From assembly GCA_947445775.1 (NCBI GenBank), contig CANFEB010000001.1:147291-211290 (forward strand): a stretch of 64,000 nt of DNA, read 5' to 3'. The notes under the pieces were generated by a model. That model saw only the letters and a list, made by a program, of their open reading frames with translations. It did no database searches and was not told the DNA's origin. The translations under genes and the position numbers were made by a program. Shown here piece by piece: positions 63,508 to 64,000 of this stretch. Position 1 is the stretch's first letter; each line of letters starts with the position of its first letter. This stretch comes from Oligoflexales bacterium (lineage in GTDB: Bacteria; Bdellovibrionota_B; Oligoflexia; Oligoflexales; RGVZ01).

Positions 63508-64000
63508 GACGCATCTCTTCATCGGAAACCGGCACGGCATCGGTGCCTTTTCTCATGAGTAAATAGGGGACAATGCCCGTCAGGTTTAGGGCGAGTTGCC
63601 CAAGGGCGATGACATTAAAAACGTTTGCACCCCCGGCAAGCCCGATCAAAGAAAAAAGCTTGTCGAATGCTACGTGTCCGACACCAAGTCCACCGGGCGC
63701 TATCGGTATGACGGTCGCAATCATTCCAAACGGTAAAACAATAAGAAATTCAGAAATGCCTGGAGTCTGTCCCGTCATTTCGACGGTCGTGTACCAATAG
63801 TAGGCAATGCCCAGGGACTGAATCACCACTGAAATAGCCCATGCAGCAAGCAACTCGCGGGGATGGTCACGGTAGGATCGCAGAGCCCGGTATACCTTAA
63901 GAACGGCCTCAAAAACACGTTGGACGAACCGGGGTTTCAGGACCAAAAATCGTTCAATTGGGTCGCGACCGGTCTTGTGTGGAAAAAAAACAATGCCGAG
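63494..64000 (-). CDS. Flippase-like / LPG-synthase-TM (UPF0104) family membrane protein; 5' end outside the window
   Basis: ...LPFGMIATVIPIAPGGLGVGHVAFDKLFSLIGL.GGANVFNV... is typical of that family. The reading frame stays open to position 64000. Confidence 0.55.
   Translation of the reverse strand, partial: LGIVFFPHKTGRDPIERFLVLKPRFVQRVFEAVLKVYRALRSYRDHPRELLAAWAISVVIQSLGIAYYWYTTVEMTGQTPGISEFLIVLPFGMIATVIPIAPGGLGVGHVAFDKLFSLIGLAGGANVFNVIALGQLALNLTGIVPYLLMRKGTDAVPVSDEEMRHAIS

Noticed and set aside
1-64000. A search by eye of all spacers over ~60 bp for tRNA, rRNA, tmRNA, SRP RNA, RNase P RNA, riboswitches, transposase/integrase genes and CRISPR arrays.
   Set aside because: I saw no cloverleaf-like or conserved ncRNA signature strings (for example the tmRNA GGGGCUG 5' end in a spacer, or the SRP GGAAGCAGCC loop). 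A covariance-model scan (Infernal/tRNAscan-SE) would be needed to exclude them formally.

Overview
This 64-kb chromosomal window is mostly conserved housekeeping backbone from a Gram-negative, polar-flagellate-type bacterium. Gene content (Omp85-like mini-barrels, myxobacterial-type OMP barrel, many lipobox proteins) is reminiscent of Bdellovibrionota/Oligoflexia- or Myxococcota-like lineages, but the taxon cannot be fixed from sequence alone. Genes in order: pepN (partial); rplU-rpmA-obg-nadD-rsfS-rlmH; a POTRA-less Omp85 barrel; mutS; a histone-H1-like/DksA fusion; a minus-strand run glmU-glmS-uvrD-ftsB-lipoprotein; a HEAT protein and a VOC protein; and a ~5-kb low-G+C island. After the island come alr, preceded by a Cys-repeat secreted protein; rpmH-rnpA-yidD-yidC-jag-mnmE; an aldehyde dehydrogenase; a phosphohexomutase; OMPs; ssb; smc; an Omp85 gene coupled to hldD; tatB; lysA; and a cytochrome c. 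The window ends with a ~13-kb flagellar export/regulation operon: fliL-fliM-fliN-(fliO-like)-fliP-fliQ-fliR-flhB-flhA-flhF-flhG-fliA-pilZ. I saw no rRNA, tRNA, CRISPR array, transposase or integrase. The only clearly accessory segment is the island at about 20.2-25.2 kb. It holds a 1050-aa surface lipoprotein and an AbiEi/AbiEii type IV toxin-antitoxin/abortive-infection module whose toxin gene is frameshifted, with a perfect palindromic candidate operator. I found no convincing complete novel multi-gene system. The best leads for undescribed biology are: (1) an array of eight helically phased AGATT(A/T) repeats filling the rplU leader; (2) an H1-like Lys/Ala-rich domain fused to a Cys-depleted DksA; (3) an oversized FliO-position protein with an N-terminal AMIN-like periplasmic domain; (4) the island itself; and (5) a recurring tendency to in-frame micro/minisatellites inside housekeeping proteins. 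All family assignments come from my own reading of the translations, with no database search, and start codons are often approximate.
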